This document shows, in pieces, positions 39,827-53,805 of a stretch of 64,000 bases of DNA (position 1 is the first letter of the stretch; every line of letters starts with the position of its first letter). The stretch spans positions 4,526,001 to 4,590,000 of the forward strand of contig JAQFVV010000011.1 of NCBI GenBank assembly GCA_028023455.1, written 5' to 3'. A model generated the notes under the pieces. That model searched no databases and was not told the origin of the DNA. It was given only the letters and a program-made list of their open reading frames with translations. The translations under genes were made by a program, and so were the position numbers. This DNA comes from Epiperipatus broadwayi. Taxonomy: Eukaryota; Animalia; Onychophora.

Positions 39827-42022
39827 TGAAACAGACACATTGTTTCACGTATATATTTTCAAGATTTTTTTTCCTCCCTAGCTAAAGTAGTTTAAATTAA
39901 AAATAAAACTGATGTGGTTCAGTAAATAAAAATTTAAATAAAGAAGCAAGTGACAGTGAATTAAAGTCACTTTTCCCAACTGCATTATAAAAACAAATAA
40001 TAATAATAAAAAAAGGTAAAATAAAGAAAATATAAAAGCACTTAATTAATAAATGTTTATTATTATTTGATAAAGCTTCAATTTAAAATAAAGCAGATAT
40101 GATTTATTTTAGAGCTATATGTTTTCTGATTTAAATGTAAAAACACTTAAAGATAGCATCACCTTTTTGCCTGGGTCTTTTAATCAGTTGATTTTTAAAA
40201 CATGTTAAATGAAAAAAATGGGGGAAGCAGAAGAAATTAAAAGGAGCAGTGTCATTAGACAGTGCCAGTTACAGTTACAGGCAGTTACAGTGACAGATAC
40301 AGTTGGAATTACAATAAGTTACAGTGAGACCTGTTGAAAATTTATTACTTTTTGGAATTCTAAAACAACCAAGTTTGAAACCACAGTTATCACCAACAGA
40401 AAAAAACTTTTAGTTACTAGATAACTGAATAATGGGAAAATGCATTATTAATTTGGAAAACTCCAGGATGAGTGAGTAGAAAATTCTTCCTCTTTCTCCA
40501 TCCATGTGAAACCCAAGAAGTTGAGAACATGCCCATGTAAATGACAGCAGCAATTTATTGTGCCATTCAGCTCCAGTAAACCCCTTTTGATGCAAAAATT
40601 TAAATGTCAAGGTAAGGAAAATTTAGATACATTTATAATATTTAAATATATTTTGAAAACGTATTTGTTGAAATGATTAATGTATAAAATAAAATACAAT
40701 TATTCAAATGATTGATTTATCAAATAAAACCTAAGAAAATAATGTTTTAAAACATAATGTCTTTAAAAAATAATAGTTATACTGAGTTTAAGAACTGAAG
40801 AATATTGATTTAAAAATAAATGAAAAATATAATAATACGTGAGTTAATTCAAAAATGTATTTATATATACATGAATACAGGATTTGTAATGCTTGGATAG
40901 AAAAATTAAATTGAATATGTTTCTATTTCAAATATGAACAGGAATTAGATATGCCTTTATAATACACAGATTAAAAATCCGTTTCAAATATCCACAAATC
41001 TGAATTAGAGAATTAATTATTTTAATATAAGGAATGACTTGAATTTAAAGCCAGACATCTGTATCAAAAATGAATTAAGCAAATGAGTCACTCAAATCTA
41101 CACACATGAATTTGAGAATTAATCTTTTAATATAAATGAATGACTTGAACCTACATCCATACATTTAGATTAAAGATTAATTAAGTAAACAAATGATTTA
41201 AATCTACAAATCTGAATTAGAGAATTAATATTTTAATATAAGGAAGAACTTGAATTTAACCCAGACACCTGTATAAAAGATGAATTAAACAAATGAATAA
41301 CTCAAATCTACAAATATGAATTAGAGAATTAATCTTTTAATATAAATGAATAACATAAACCTATATCCATACACTTGGATTAAATATGAATTAAGTAAAT
41401 AAATAATTTAAATTTACAAATCTGAATTAGAGAATTAACATTTTAATATAATGAATGACTTGAATAAATATCCACATATCTGGATCCCAGATGAATGACC
41501 GAGATTTACATCCAGAAGCCACAATCAAGGATAAATATTTTGTACAGAACTTACAGTTGGACTTATTGCACCTATCATTGATGATTATGAAAAGAATGAC
41601 TAAATATTAATCAAACTGACCTAGGACCATATACACATATATGAACTGACAATCTAAAGATGAACTGTCAATAACTTTTGTTGTCAAATAAATAAATCAC
41701 TGTTATCTAAAACTAATCTATCTAGTCAGTCTCATTTCACATCACTCATCATTTATTGCATTTGTTCACAAAAATCTCATGCCTCCTGAGCTATGTTTGG
41801 CATAACCAGAACTGAATAAATAATAAGGTTGTGGTAAGTTGGAACTCTAGTGGTGTCGTTTAGAAAACCAAACAAACAAATTCTCTAAATGTTTCCAGTC
41901 TCTTGGATACTACATTCTCTAATGAGCAGGAAATAATGCCAATCTTTGTTTCCATCCTGCAATATGCTCATCAGGAATATAGTTCCAACAGATAATATAA
42001 GTTGGTAGGCAATCCGGTTACA
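39827..42022 (+). repeat. 3' LTR (~2.20 kb)
   Basis: Starts TGAAAC and ends GTTACA. Direct repeat of 34408-37169. Confidence 0.85.
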
Positions 42023-44131
42023 ATATATATATATATATATTTGAAGCAGTCAATCTTAGCTTAAGATTGAGCTTCATGTTTCCACCTACTAACCTGTACC
42101 CAAACCCTATATAACATCCCACTCCTTTTGTCGTGTATATATATTTTATGGATATATTTGAGATGCATGCTTAAGTTATAAAATTTTAACGTTTCAATAA
42201 CATATTTTAAAATTATTATTAATTCTTTTTTATTAATTATTAGTTCTTTTTTTATTAAAGTATTATAGGTGCAGCTCAAATATATATATAGGAGCAAAAT
42301 ACTAACAAAATATTGATTTTTTAAAAATATTTTATTATATGTCATTTATACAACTTTTTCTTTTTGAAGTACTTTTTTTTTTCTATTAAACTGTATTTTA
42401 TAAAATCCAAAATGGAAGATGCAACTGTTGATTGTCCAAAAATAATTAGAGGGTTGGAAACACTATTGTTTTAATCAGGGGAAGGTATTTTTAATTAAAG
42501 TTTTTACTTAAAATGGGGATTAAGATTAAAGATTTTCATTTGTTATAAACATTTTTTGTCAAATCTATTTCTAATCTGGAAATAGATTTGAATTTATTTT
42601 GGACATTATCTTACAGTCACATCTTTCAAAAACAATGAACAAAGGAAACTTAAGCTTTTAGATCAGAGATTAGATTTTAAGCTAAAACTAAGTAATTAAA
42701 AGCATTCTTCAAATACCTGAGCAGAGTATAAAATGGATGGATTTTAAATCACCAACAGATAAGCTACTATTGAGAGAACTGTATTGTTAACATACTACTC
42801 ATTGTTATGAAACTGAAAATGATGTAGTAGTAAGTCTACCACCCTTCTCAGCCCTGTTGGGTCATCATCTTCTGCGGCCATACCATTCTGCTGCCCAAGA
42901 TTGAAGTAAAAGCCTGACCAAAGAACTTTAAAATGCTAATAGAAGCTTGCTGCCACTGAAGAACTTGCATTTCAATTGTCATGCACATGCCGTACTAAAT
43001 TGGACTCTTAAAATTGCAAGGTAATTTTTCAAGCCGTCACCTCAAACTAAATTTAGCCTAACTCATCTATCATGATTTCTTCTGTGTTATTCAACTTTGT
43101 TTTTGTTTTAATATGTAATTTGTTTTTAAGTGATTTCTATAAATTTAATTCTCTCGCATATGCTCTTAATTTTCCTTAACTTTGGTGCTGTCATTTATTT
43201 ATACATATTTATTATTTGATTTTCTATATCTATCTTAGTTATTAATATGCCAATCTCACGCAATCTGACGAGTTGAATTTCTAAAATCTTTTCTTTCTTT
43301 TTAAGTAAACCTCTGTGAATTAATGTCCTCTTACAATATAATGCATTCGCCAGATTGTTTTACGAGCCAACATTTTATTTATGTTTTAATATAAAAAATA
43401 TACATTTGTTTAACTCTGGATTTTCTACCTGGGGTGAATCCAGAACTCAAGCTAATTAATGCTTTGAAACCTTATTTATTCTATAAATGTTATTCAATTC
43501 TGAAAAGGTGACCGATTATTTGTTAAATATCAAATACAGTACTTAAATATTCCAGTTATTATAAAATCAGTGAAGGTGGGATTGATTTATTTTAAATAGC
43601 AGAAAAGGAGGGGTCAAATATTAACATATAATGAAATCTAAATCTTTCTATATATATTCTAGTGACATAGCAAATTAGTTATATAAATTATGACATTCAA
43701 ACTAGGATCATTTATTTTTAAAGCAGTAAACTTATTCAATGTCTTTAGTGACATTTATCATTACTGCATCACTGATATTCGGCCTTATCATGTTTATATA
43801 TATTACGTGCTTCTAGTCTTCTAATCTGGGGGTTGCGACAAGTTCGAACCCATAGATTTATTTCTCAAGCCTTATTCTGAGGATAGTTGACCTTCCCAGA
43901 ACCACTTATTTTGTATAAAAAGGCCTCTGGCGGTGATTCCCATAAGTCTGGCACACACTATTCCTATCCACTTTCTTCGTACAAAAAGGCCTGCATGTTG
44001 GCAATGTTTACGGCATGCCTATCCACTTTGTCTTTCATCCAGAAGCACAACTTTTCCTGTTATTTCTTGGTTATTATGTCAGCACTGCAAACTTTTTCGT
44101 ATTATTATTTCTCTTACTTCATGACCCAGTT

Positions 44132-44465
44132 TTAATGCTCTAATATTAAAATTGCGCTCTGCTCAAAATATATATAAATGCCAACTACTTTTAGTTTTAT
44201 TAATTAAATTTTTTTCAGTCTTATACAATCCCACCATCATAACTTATTCCTATATTTAAGAGTATCTATATGCCTTGGGGAAAATAAAGCGTTCTTCTTA
44301 ATGCTCTAATATTAAAATTGCGCTCTGCTCAAAATATATATAAATGCCAACTACTTTTAGTTTTATTAATTAAATTTTTTTCAGTCTTATACAATCCCAC
44401 CATCATAACTTATTCCTGTATTTAAGAGTATCTATATGCCTTGGGGAAAATAAAGCGTTCTTCTT
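44132..44465. repeat. 166-bp tandem duplication (2 near-identical copies)
   Basis: TTAATGCTCTAATATT... begins at 44132 and again at 44298. Confidence 0.95.
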
Positions 44466-45549
44466 ACCAGCGCTAATTAAAAGAAGTTTCATTAAGTATT
44501 TTGTCATATAATCAGATATGTTTTCAAATGTATTTTATTTATTTTCATGACCATAATGGGATGAAAATAGTCTAATGAATCTCAAAATACTCTCGAAAAA
44601 ATGTTAGTCACCATGTTTCAGAACCGTATATAAAAGCGTTAATAGCAATTTTATGTAATTTCTTTCTAATAATCGATTGGCATCTTAATATTGGACCCAA
44701 CAAAGATGTGTGTTTATTTATAATATATTATTTAGCTAATAAAAGAGCATATAAAAAATAATAGCGTGAATGACAATATATAATTATCTATTGTTTGGTA
44801 GCTTGCTCATTCACGTACATACTAATGTATACAATTAAATCATAATGTATAATAATGTGTCATTATATTAAATTATATTTTTATTATCTAACTTATTTGA
44901 GTAATTCGAATTCCTCTTTTTCTCCACTTCCAAAAGTACAGCCATGCTTATATATATTTTAGTTTAGTCATAGTTAATAGATGTCTTATTGTCTTCTCCG
45001 CTTTGCTAGTGGGCTGGATTAAAATAAATTCTCATGTTCCATCACTATTATGTTATTCATTAGGTGTTAGATCTGGGAATTAGAGAGTGGGTTTGAATTC
45101 AGGCTTCCTGACCTAAACTCGGGCTGGACTGGGTTCGAAGTACATTTTGCGAGTTCCAGCTCATGTTAGATGGATGAACATGTTTTGACTGGTACAATAT
45201 ATATATATAGATGCAAAGAAAATATCAGGTTAGAGATGAAATTGAAATAAATACAGAAACCTCAGATGATGGTAAGTTGTATTTATATGTTGGACTATTT
45301 CCATCATCTAATATGAGTATTGAATATCTTTAGAAAAATTCAACTTTATTTAAATATTCCAAATACATTCAACTGTTAGTAATAGTACCCAGATTAGTAT
45401 ATGCACAATGTTTTGAGAGGTATTATTCTCCCCTGTGACTATACATAAATGAGGGGAAACCACTAATCAACTTTGCTCTTAACAAAAAGTGGAGAAATCA
45501 GGAGGAACCTCATAGTAGTATATGAAACTTCCTACTGACAGTTGCCTTT

Positions 45550-45695
45550 GGCAGGATGGCTCAATTGGTTATCTTAAAATTCAATACTCAAGAATCTAAG
45601 GGTCCAGGTTCGATTCCCATGATAATACTGTCACTGGTCAGGCCAGCAACACCTGAAGAAGAGGGAAGAATAATACCTCTAGAAACCTTGTGCAT
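45550..45695 (+). mobile_element. tRNA-headed SINE-like fragment followed by a hammerhead-like core
   Basis: A-box-like TGGCTCAATTGG and B-box GGTTCGATTCC, then CTGAAGA AGAGG...CCTCT A GAAAC (45653-45686). Confidence 0.5.
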
Positions 45696-47462
45696 ATACT
45701 AACCTGGATCTATTACTAACAGTTGAATGTATTTGGAATATTTAAATAAAATTTAATTTTTTTAAAAAAAAAATTCAATGCTCATATTAGATGAAAGAAA
45801 TAATCCAACATATAAATACAACTAAAACACCACCATCATAAATCTTCGAGAAAACACTAAGTTGATAAGTATATAGATTTATTAGAAAGATTTAATTCAT
45901 GAGAAAACTGAGACTAACAGATTTAGAATTGTAAAAAAGCAATACATAGATTATAACAGGAAAAAGCAAAAGATTAGATGGTGTGGTAACTGAAAGAGTA
46001 ATAAAGAAGTATGCAATGGTTAGTTTAAAAGAATGTTTTAATAAAATTATAGATAATAATGAGATTGCAGATGAATGAAAGGTTGTGAGAATCATAAGTA
46101 GTTACAAATCAGTAGCAATTAATTCAATTCATAGTTTATAAAATATTTACATAAATATTAAGATAATAGAATTAATGTATAAAACTTTGGAAGAAATTAA
46201 AAATGAATGTTCTTTCTGGGAAGCTGATAGAAGATTACCCATTGTTACTCATTTGACTGAAATATCTTATAAAAATAAACACCAATATTTATCACATTTT
46301 TGAATATATAAAAAGTTCACAATATATATATAGAATTTTTACAAGGATAATATTTATAAATACAGAATGAAATATGTATAAACAATGGAAGCTAAACATG
46401 AAACTGAGTTTAAACTAGAATAGCCATTAATTGGAGGCTGAGATAGAAAGATTGGGAATAGGAATGGAGATTCCAATCATGAGGAAATAATTTGGCAGCT
46501 TGATATTTTTTATATCAAAGATAATATTACTTAGGTCAGCACATCAATGTGTCCTTGGTGAAGAATTTAGATAAAGCAGATATGTTTAATTTCTGACTTT
46601 TTGTAAAGTTACCAATTATTTAGAAAGAATAAATAAACATCTGTAGTAGTTAATCTAATTTAGAATCTTTTAAACTAAAAATTGGAATCTCACTGAAAAT
46701 CACATAAAATTTGTAGACATGTCTATCAGTTTTTTTAAAACAAAAAACTATTTGACATAGTTAATTTGTATATTTGAGGGACATGATAATATATAGTTAG
46801 CACATTTACTAATCCTATTCATGACCTAGAATTTGGATCTAAGCCAAATAAAACTTTTTACGGTTCACAATAAATCCCAGGTTAATCTACGTTAGTCTAA
46901 TAAATGATAAAGTGCTGACTGAATGCAAATCAAAATATAATAATAATATAGAATAGTTTTTTTATTATTGATGACAGAGGTATTGTACACCTATGGTCAT
47001 TGTTTCCATAGTTCAGCATTATTTTTTAATTCTATATATTTTTTGTAAAATCATATGTGTATGTATTTACATTATTTTCTTTTTTCCAAAACCCAGTGAG
47101 GATGTTTATGTCACTAAATATTTAGTACGATACCGATACTGTTTGTAATTTTACTGCAACTTGGCGCGCTTTTACTGAAAAAATTATTTTACGAGTATCA
47201 AAATGAATAAAAAATGCCATATTAACTAAATTATAATTGCTTTTAAGTTTTGATTCTTTTAAAAAATAATAAAATAAATGCTATTTGGGTAAATATTGAA
47301 TGATTAGTTACTCAGAAAGTCATGTGATGTTTGAATGACAGATGTCACAACAGATTGAATTTCTGTCCAGTAACCTTTAGCTCTTGAATCTTTTTTTAAA
47401 TTTCACTGATTTTATATATACAAATATTTTATAATTTTCTCTATATTTCAACAATTTTTACA

Positions 47463-47501
47463 TTATAAGTACCGTGCGCTAACCAATTGCGCCACTGGGG
47501 C
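47463..47501 (-). pseudogene. tRNA-Ile(TAT) 5'-half fragment
   Basis: GCCCCAGTGGCGCAATTGGTTAGCGCACGGTACTTATAA has a D-arm and anticodon TAT. It is flanked by the 16-bp direct repeat ACAATTTTTACATTAT (47451-47466, 47505-47520). Confidence 0.8.
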
Positions 47502-48133
47502 CTCACAATTTTTACATTATGGTTGTCAAGAACCTAAAATACACAAAATTGGAAAAATAAATTTAGTCAAAACTCCACCCCATATGTAAATATACCTAAA
47601 AGTCAAATATTTATTTTTCTACATCAAACATATATTTATTTATATCTTGTTTTTTAATTTACGTTACTATATTTAACATACGTAATTTCCAATTTCTATT
47701 TATATTTTAAATGAAAAATGATAAGCATTTTATTAATTGCCCTTAATTTGATGATTAATAAGTGTAAAATATAAATAGAAATTGAAAATTAGATATATTA
47801 AACACAGGAATGTAAGTTAAAAGAATAAAAAAATATAAATAAAATTCTGTGTATCTATGTTGAGTAGAAGAATATATATATTTTAATATTTGGATAAATT
47901 TATGTGTAAGGTAGATTTTTTTATTAATTTCACTTTGGTAGATTTTAGTTACCTTAGCAACGAAATTTTAACTATGAAACATCGGAAAAATTATAAAATA
48001 TTTAAATATGAAGTCTGTGAAAATGAAATGATATTTAAAGAAAAAAAATGGATTGAGAAGTTTTACTATTATTTATAAAAACCGAATTAAATTTGAAAAA
48101 TGAACTGAATTTTGTAATTTGTACTTATATAAG

Positions 48134-48453
48134 GTTGGCACTAAGATGGGCTTTGAGCATTCCATCATCAGATTTTCAATGAAATGGACGGTTGAAGAGT
48201 TGTGGGATGGAGTGTTTTGAAGCCTGTCCATTAAAATATGAAGATTGGCTTTCGTAATATAAGCTGAGCTTTGATTGTATATATGTGTGGAGATGATAAT
48301 CTGGACCAACTGATGAGTGCTGGTTTAGCACGGAATACGTATATTGTGATTATTTATCTTTTCGACATGTGTGTGATCAAGTGTATCAGTGGTATGAGAT
48401 AGCATGGATAGTTGAGGGTCATGTGAAAGTCTGAGTTCAAATTCCCTATATAT
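48134..48453 (+). mobile_element. Family A copy (diverged, 5'-truncated) with mutated hammerhead at 48305-48347
   Basis: ACCAA CTGATGA GTGCT ggttt AGCAC GGAA TACGTA TA TTGT (GAAA changed to GGAA). Possible TSD TAC(T/A)TATATAAG at 48122-48133 and 48454-48465. Confidence 0.75.
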
Positions 48454-48594
48454 TACATATATAAGTGCAGGTATGAAAAAGTCTGTACAGTAGAAACAAT
48501 TAATACTTATGAAGTGGAAAATAAATGTCAGTATATCAGAAAGAAAGGGAAGACTTATTATAGTTTTATTGCTCATTAGTTCACAAGTTTGAGT

Positions 48595-48655
48595 GCCAGA
48601 ATAGATTCTAGATCTTCCCAATTCAAAGTCGGGTGCTCTGCCGATTGTGCCAAAT
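48595..48655 (-). mobile_element. Degenerate tRNA-derived (Gln-TTG-like) SINE head
   Basis: Minus strand TGGCACAATCGGCAGAGCACCCGACTTTGAATTGGG looks like a D-arm plus anticodon arm. T-arm decayed. Confidence 0.35.
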
Positions 48656-48963
48656 CGTGCAGAGCAAAAAAAAAAGAAAGCACATGGCTTTATTGCTCTG
48701 GAGTTTATAAGAAGTTCGAGAGCCATAATTGATCCTGGGATTTGCTGATCACCGATGTCCATAATTGGTTTTGTATCATTATTCAACTTATATCAGTAAA
48801 GTCAAACAATATCTTTAAATTGTATATTAATTTTTATTTAAAATAAATATCATGTTTGAAGTCCTTATAATAGAAAAAAAAAATTAACTCCAAACATGAC
48901 ATTTGTAATGTCCTATTTTTTTAAAAAAAGAATTATTGGATTATTTTTTCTCATATGTCAAAG

Positions 48964-49022
48964 GCATTAGCGGGAAAATGAACCCGGGCCATCTGCTTGG
49001 AAGGCAGCTATGCTAACCGCTA
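48964..49022 (-). pseudogene. tRNA-Gly(TCC) pseudogene, 5' acceptor strand missing
   Basis: TAGCGGTTAGCATAGCTGCCTTCCAAGCAGATGGCCCGGGTTCATTTTCCCGCTAATGC: intact anticodon arm, mutated T-loop. Confidence 0.75.
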
Positions 49023-49689
49023 GGAATTCGTTTTACATCCTTAAAAAAGTATTAGCAACAAGCTATATTGATGAAAAAAGAATTGAGGCAACATCAAATA
49101 TTGAGTACTATTTCTGATATAAAAATAATTTTTTGTACATTATTTCTCTTATTTCCTTTTCATTTACTATTTTATTATTTACCTAAAAGTCGTCAGTCAC
49201 TTACATTAATGTAGAGTCAATCATTATGAACCTCTCTTGCTATCATTTAACAGTGATATGGGTTTTCACACTTTACAATTTTGATTCCAATCTGTCCTCT
49301 CTTTTTTTGTATGAAAAAGCCCTTGGAGTTGAAAAGCTAATGATAAAGACAAGTTTAATAGGCTAGGAGTTTTTAGCTGTGATATTGCACAAGGAATAAT
49401 GAGTCATTTTAGAGCTGGAATTAGAGCAGATTTTTATTGAGCAATAACTGTATGTGTAGGTGGCTTTATTAAAAAATTGTTTTACCTATTTTGAGTATGG
49501 AAACACCTAGGAAATTTTGTCAAAAATTGCTTATCTCATAAAATATGGCAAGATTACTATGACTGATGGAATGCTCAATGTTATAAAATTGTCTGTAATA
49601 ACATTAATATTAGTAATGCAGAAAGTAGCAGTAGATATAAAGATAAGTGAACATTTTTTCTAAATATGGGTACATGAAATGTTTGAATT

Positions 49690-51430
49690 TTGCTTGATGT
49701 GAACTTTCAAGATTTAAACAAGAACAGAATTTTTAGATAAAATATTGTCAAGTTATAACATTTATGTAACTTCTCATAGCGAATTTCATCTTTCAGAGGA
49801 TGCAAGTGTAATTGAACAAGTGGATAATCAAGTGCTTTTGTAAAGGTAAATCATTGAATGAAAGGAGACTGCATGATGTTGGTTTTGCTGTGAGAGCTAA
49901 TCCTATATATAGTAATGACAGATTGATGTTAGTCAAGGTTTCACAGTAATTTCTATTATGTCAGTATGAATACCTCAATGTTAGATTCAGAGAGCACAGA
50001 GAAAAAACATTATTACTTCTTGCTGAATATAATTATAGCATCTTTCATTATAAGCCTTTTTTTTCCTGGAGACATTAAAACATTAAATTCTGGCTCAAAT
50101 TTATTAGAAACATATAGTATTTGGCCCTATAAATTCAAATGATCTGATGAACTTTTTTGTTCAATAACAGAGTATTCTATTACAGACTTTGGACTTAAAA
50201 TTACTGTAAAAGTAAGTGGATTCTCAAAACAATAGAGTGTTATGGATTATGTTATGGTCAGAAATTATGTTCTAAAAGAAAGTGATATTAAATTAATATT
50301 TACTTATAAACTGATACTTGTTGGACTAGCATTTATTAATAACCTCTAAGATTAGAATGATGGTTGTGTTGAAAAAGTAGATCCTATTATAAACATATTG
50401 CTAAAAAAATTTATGGCTATTCTGTACAAATAGGTGCCATTTATACTAAATCTCAATAGTTATTAAACACTAACATTTTCAGTTTGGATTTTTAAACTTG
50501 TCACATTGCTGAACAAGGAATTATCTTAAGGTGAATAGTGGTGACAAAATATCTGTTCTTGAGTTATCTAAAAAAGAATCTGTATTAGTTCTTTAATGGT
50601 GGTTATATTATTAATGACTTGATTGTAAGGAAACTCCATTTTCTGCTTAGCAAAATAACTTGAATAGGTCATGATAAGCAATGAAGAAATTAAAAGGTAG
50701 AAGTTCGACATCTGATAATAATCTTAAAATGATTGGTGAATTAAAACTGCAAAGAGATACATTCATTTACCAATCATGGTTAAACCATCAAACATCACAT
50801 GATCACCATCTCTATACTAGCACATAATTTGTTGTAAACAAAGGCAAAACTCCCCATAGTAATATTATTTGGATTTAAAAAACAATATAATCATAATAAA
50901 TCATTGGGGGGGGGGAGCATTCTTTTATATGATAATATTTCAAGCTGAAGGGAGACAATGACAATGACCTTGTGAATAATGATACAAGAATTCAGGTGGC
51001 AGCTTTTAGTAAGAAACCATTCTACCCGATCATGCAAATTTTATCAAAGATATCCAGCTTAAAGAAGTTAAAACAGTTATTTGTAAACTTAAAACTGGAA
51101 AGATTCTTGATTCTGGTGAAATATTGACAAAGTTTTTAAATACAATGTGTTAATTCAAAAATGTTGAAATATTTTACTGAATAACTGGAACTATAACATT
51201 GCTCTATGTAATTTCAGTGATGCTTTTATTGTTCCAATTTATAAAAATAAAGGAGATAATATAAGCTGCAATAATTATTACAGAATGTTGAATACTATTT
51301 ACATCAGCAAAAATATTTTCCAAGAATTTTATGAAAAAATTGCTTCCAGTTATAGATTAATCGTTACCAGGGACTATCATTTTAGAGAAAGAAGTAGTGC
51401 TATGGATATAGTTTTGTTGCCTGACAATTG
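49690..51430 (+). pseudogene. Decayed RTE-clade non-LTR element (APE + N-terminal RT)
   Basis: KGKSLNERRLHDVGFAVR (~49842-49895), MDYVMVR, EVKTVICKLKTGK, FSDAFIVPIYK and KGDNISCNNY, with many lesions. Confidence 0.65.
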
Positions 51431-51656
51431 AAATTTCAAGACCATTCCATTAATCGAAAGGATTAATGATATAGCTTGAAATTGTTCATATTATTTAACT
51501 ACAAAATGGAATAAGAAGTGCTCTTCAGGTTGACAGATTATCTGAAGTAATTGAAACAAAAACTAGTATTTAATAGGAATGAGTAATTTATGTAAACATA
51601 ATTCTTATATCTTCTCCTTTCCTTTTTTTTTTGCATTTCTCTTCATATATTAATAT

Positions 51657-51900
51657 ATATTAAAATTTTCTTATCATCTCATATACACTTTAGTGCAATA
51701 TTTTTTATATTTCTTTTTCTTACAGTTTCGACTGGCCTGCGGTCTTCATCAGAACACTCTATAAATTTCACTTCTCTGTCTAATTTATAGAATGCTCTGA
51801 TGAAGACTGCAGGACAGTTGAAACTGTAAACGAAATAAAGGAAATATAAAAAAGATTGCTTTAAAGTGTATATGAGAAGTTGATAAGAAAATTTTAATAT
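51657..51900. mobile_element. Family C foldback palindrome with a hammerhead motif in each arm
   Basis: Arms 51657-51767 and 51782-51900. Minus motif 51718-51755 (CTGATGA a GACCG caggc CAGTC GAAAC T GTA); plus motif 51794-51831 (CTGATGA a GACTG cagga CAGTT GAAAC T GTA). Confidence 0.85.
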
Positions 51901-52289
51901 GTAAACATAACCAAGAATATACTCTCTTTTTTTTAGTGAAGGCTAATAAATTGATAGTACTAACATATCTTTACTTTTTGAAAAATTCAGGTGAGGCAGT
52001 ATAATAAAGCATTTTGTTTGTAAAATAGAATCACCAATTATAAAAAAGGACTTCAAATTCAGAATGTTCTCATTTTTATAATATGGAATTTGTAATTGCT
52101 CCTGTCCAGTGGTCATTGCAGAAGGAATTATAAGTAATTGCATAAAGCAGACTCAAGATACGATATAATATTAATGTCAGAATTTTAAACTTGAACTTGT
52201 TAAAAATAACAATTCTTTTTTCTTTTATGATAATTAGATCACCTAATGTAAGCTTTAATAGTCAATACATAGCATACTAATGCTTTATA

Positions 52290-52475
52290 AATCCTCATCC
52301 AATGCTATTTTGATTAGTTTTTAATGTTACGATTTTCATCAGTGAAGAATTTATTAAGCACTATCACCAGCCATCTATTTATTAGTAAAGCTTATACTAG
52401 ATAGCATAACTGTAATGAAAGAAAAGTTGTTATTGAACAGCATTGTGTAAGCTGAGATCATGTGATGTCTTAGTA
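52290..52475. repeat. Decayed family B copy
   Basis: Minus strand ttca ctgatga aaatcgtaacatt aaaaactaatc...ttggatgag matches the family B hammerhead region; the plus strand carries the GATCATGTGATG tail. Confidence 0.45.
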
Positions 52476-53427
52476 AAAAAAAAGTTGCATTGTCCTATCT
52501 TCTAGCTTTACAATCTGCAGATATTTTGTGCTGTCCTTCGCATTTCAATGATCCTTTATAGAATATTTCTAATGTAGTTAATGTAATCCATAAAGCAATT
52601 TTGTTTTAATAATTAATATTCAAAAAGTAAATGCCTTATTAACCAGTGATGAAAATTTAGCAATTTTTTGGCTTGGATGATTGTCAGTTTAAGAACAGAA
52701 ATAATATAAGGTCTGAGAAAGACTGTTGAACAGTCAAAACTGTTACTTACATTTAAAGATAATAAGTTGCATGCATTATGTGTATATAGAAAGAAGTTAT
52801 TATTGTGAACATTGATATTTTCTATATGTTAATATCTACATAGCTTTTTAGATAGAAAATCAAATCTGAATGCTTAGATGCTGTTCGCTACATTTAACAA
52901 GTAAAAAGACGGGTGATTTTCGTCATAATAATATAACTATGTCAATTAAATTAATTATATATTATACCAATACACAGCTAGCTGCACGTTAAGAAAGAAC
53001 AACCATTATAATCGTATACGTTAGGTAAAAAAATCCCAAAAAGGATTAATGTTATATCTCTTTATTAAAAAGAAAATATAAAGTTCATAATCACAATTTA
53101 TAATCGTAATGAAAGGAAATAAATTGGAGTAAAATATTACTTATTATAAAAGAAACAAATCAGAGTTTTTGAAATTAAAAAGTAACAAAAGGTTCTCAAA
53201 TTATTGAAGTTAACAATTAATCAAGTTTTGTTTCTAAGCAAATACAAATTTGTGAAGAGGTAATTTTTTTCCCATCTGTTTTCTTTCTTTTTTCCTGTTT
53301 CTTGATTCTACTATTATTGTTGACGAATAAACATGTAGCTAGAGATCGACTGAAGTAGGTAAGGTAGTTTCGAAAGTGGCGAGCTGGAAAATATTGAATC
53401 ACATAATAAATACTTTTTGATAAGCAT

Positions 53428-53805
53428 ATCATCATCATCAACAACCATTATCAATCCACTGCAGGATGAAGGTCTCTTCAAGTTTAATCCATCTCCGATC
53501 TTTAGCTTCTCTTCTCCACATCATCCCTGCGCACTTTCTTATTTCATCCATCCATCTCACATGTGGTCTCTTTTTGGGTCTTTTACAATCTCTTGGAATC
53601 AGTTTAAGATTTCAATTGTCCATCTATTATCATCTCTTCTAGCAATATGTCCAGCTTAACTCCACTTCAATCTTTTAATTTTTTCAATGAGGTCAGTAAC
53701 ACCTGTTTGTTCTCTTACCCATACATTGCAATTTCGATCTCTTCTAGTTACTCCCAACATGCATCTCTCCATACCTCTTTGAGTGGTCTGGAGTCTCTGT
53801 ATTGC
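53428..53805 (-). mobile_element. 5'-truncated RTE-clade retrotransposon 3' end with (GAT)n tail
   Basis: QTTQRGMERCMLGVTRRDR...WVREQTGVTDLIEKIKRLKWS*AGHIARRDDNRWT...KRPHVRWMDEIRK, ending in GATGATGATGAT. Confidence 0.9.

Noticed and set aside
46000-46560. Faint non-LTR RT-like text
   Set aside because: It is too decayed to recover a diagnostic motif.
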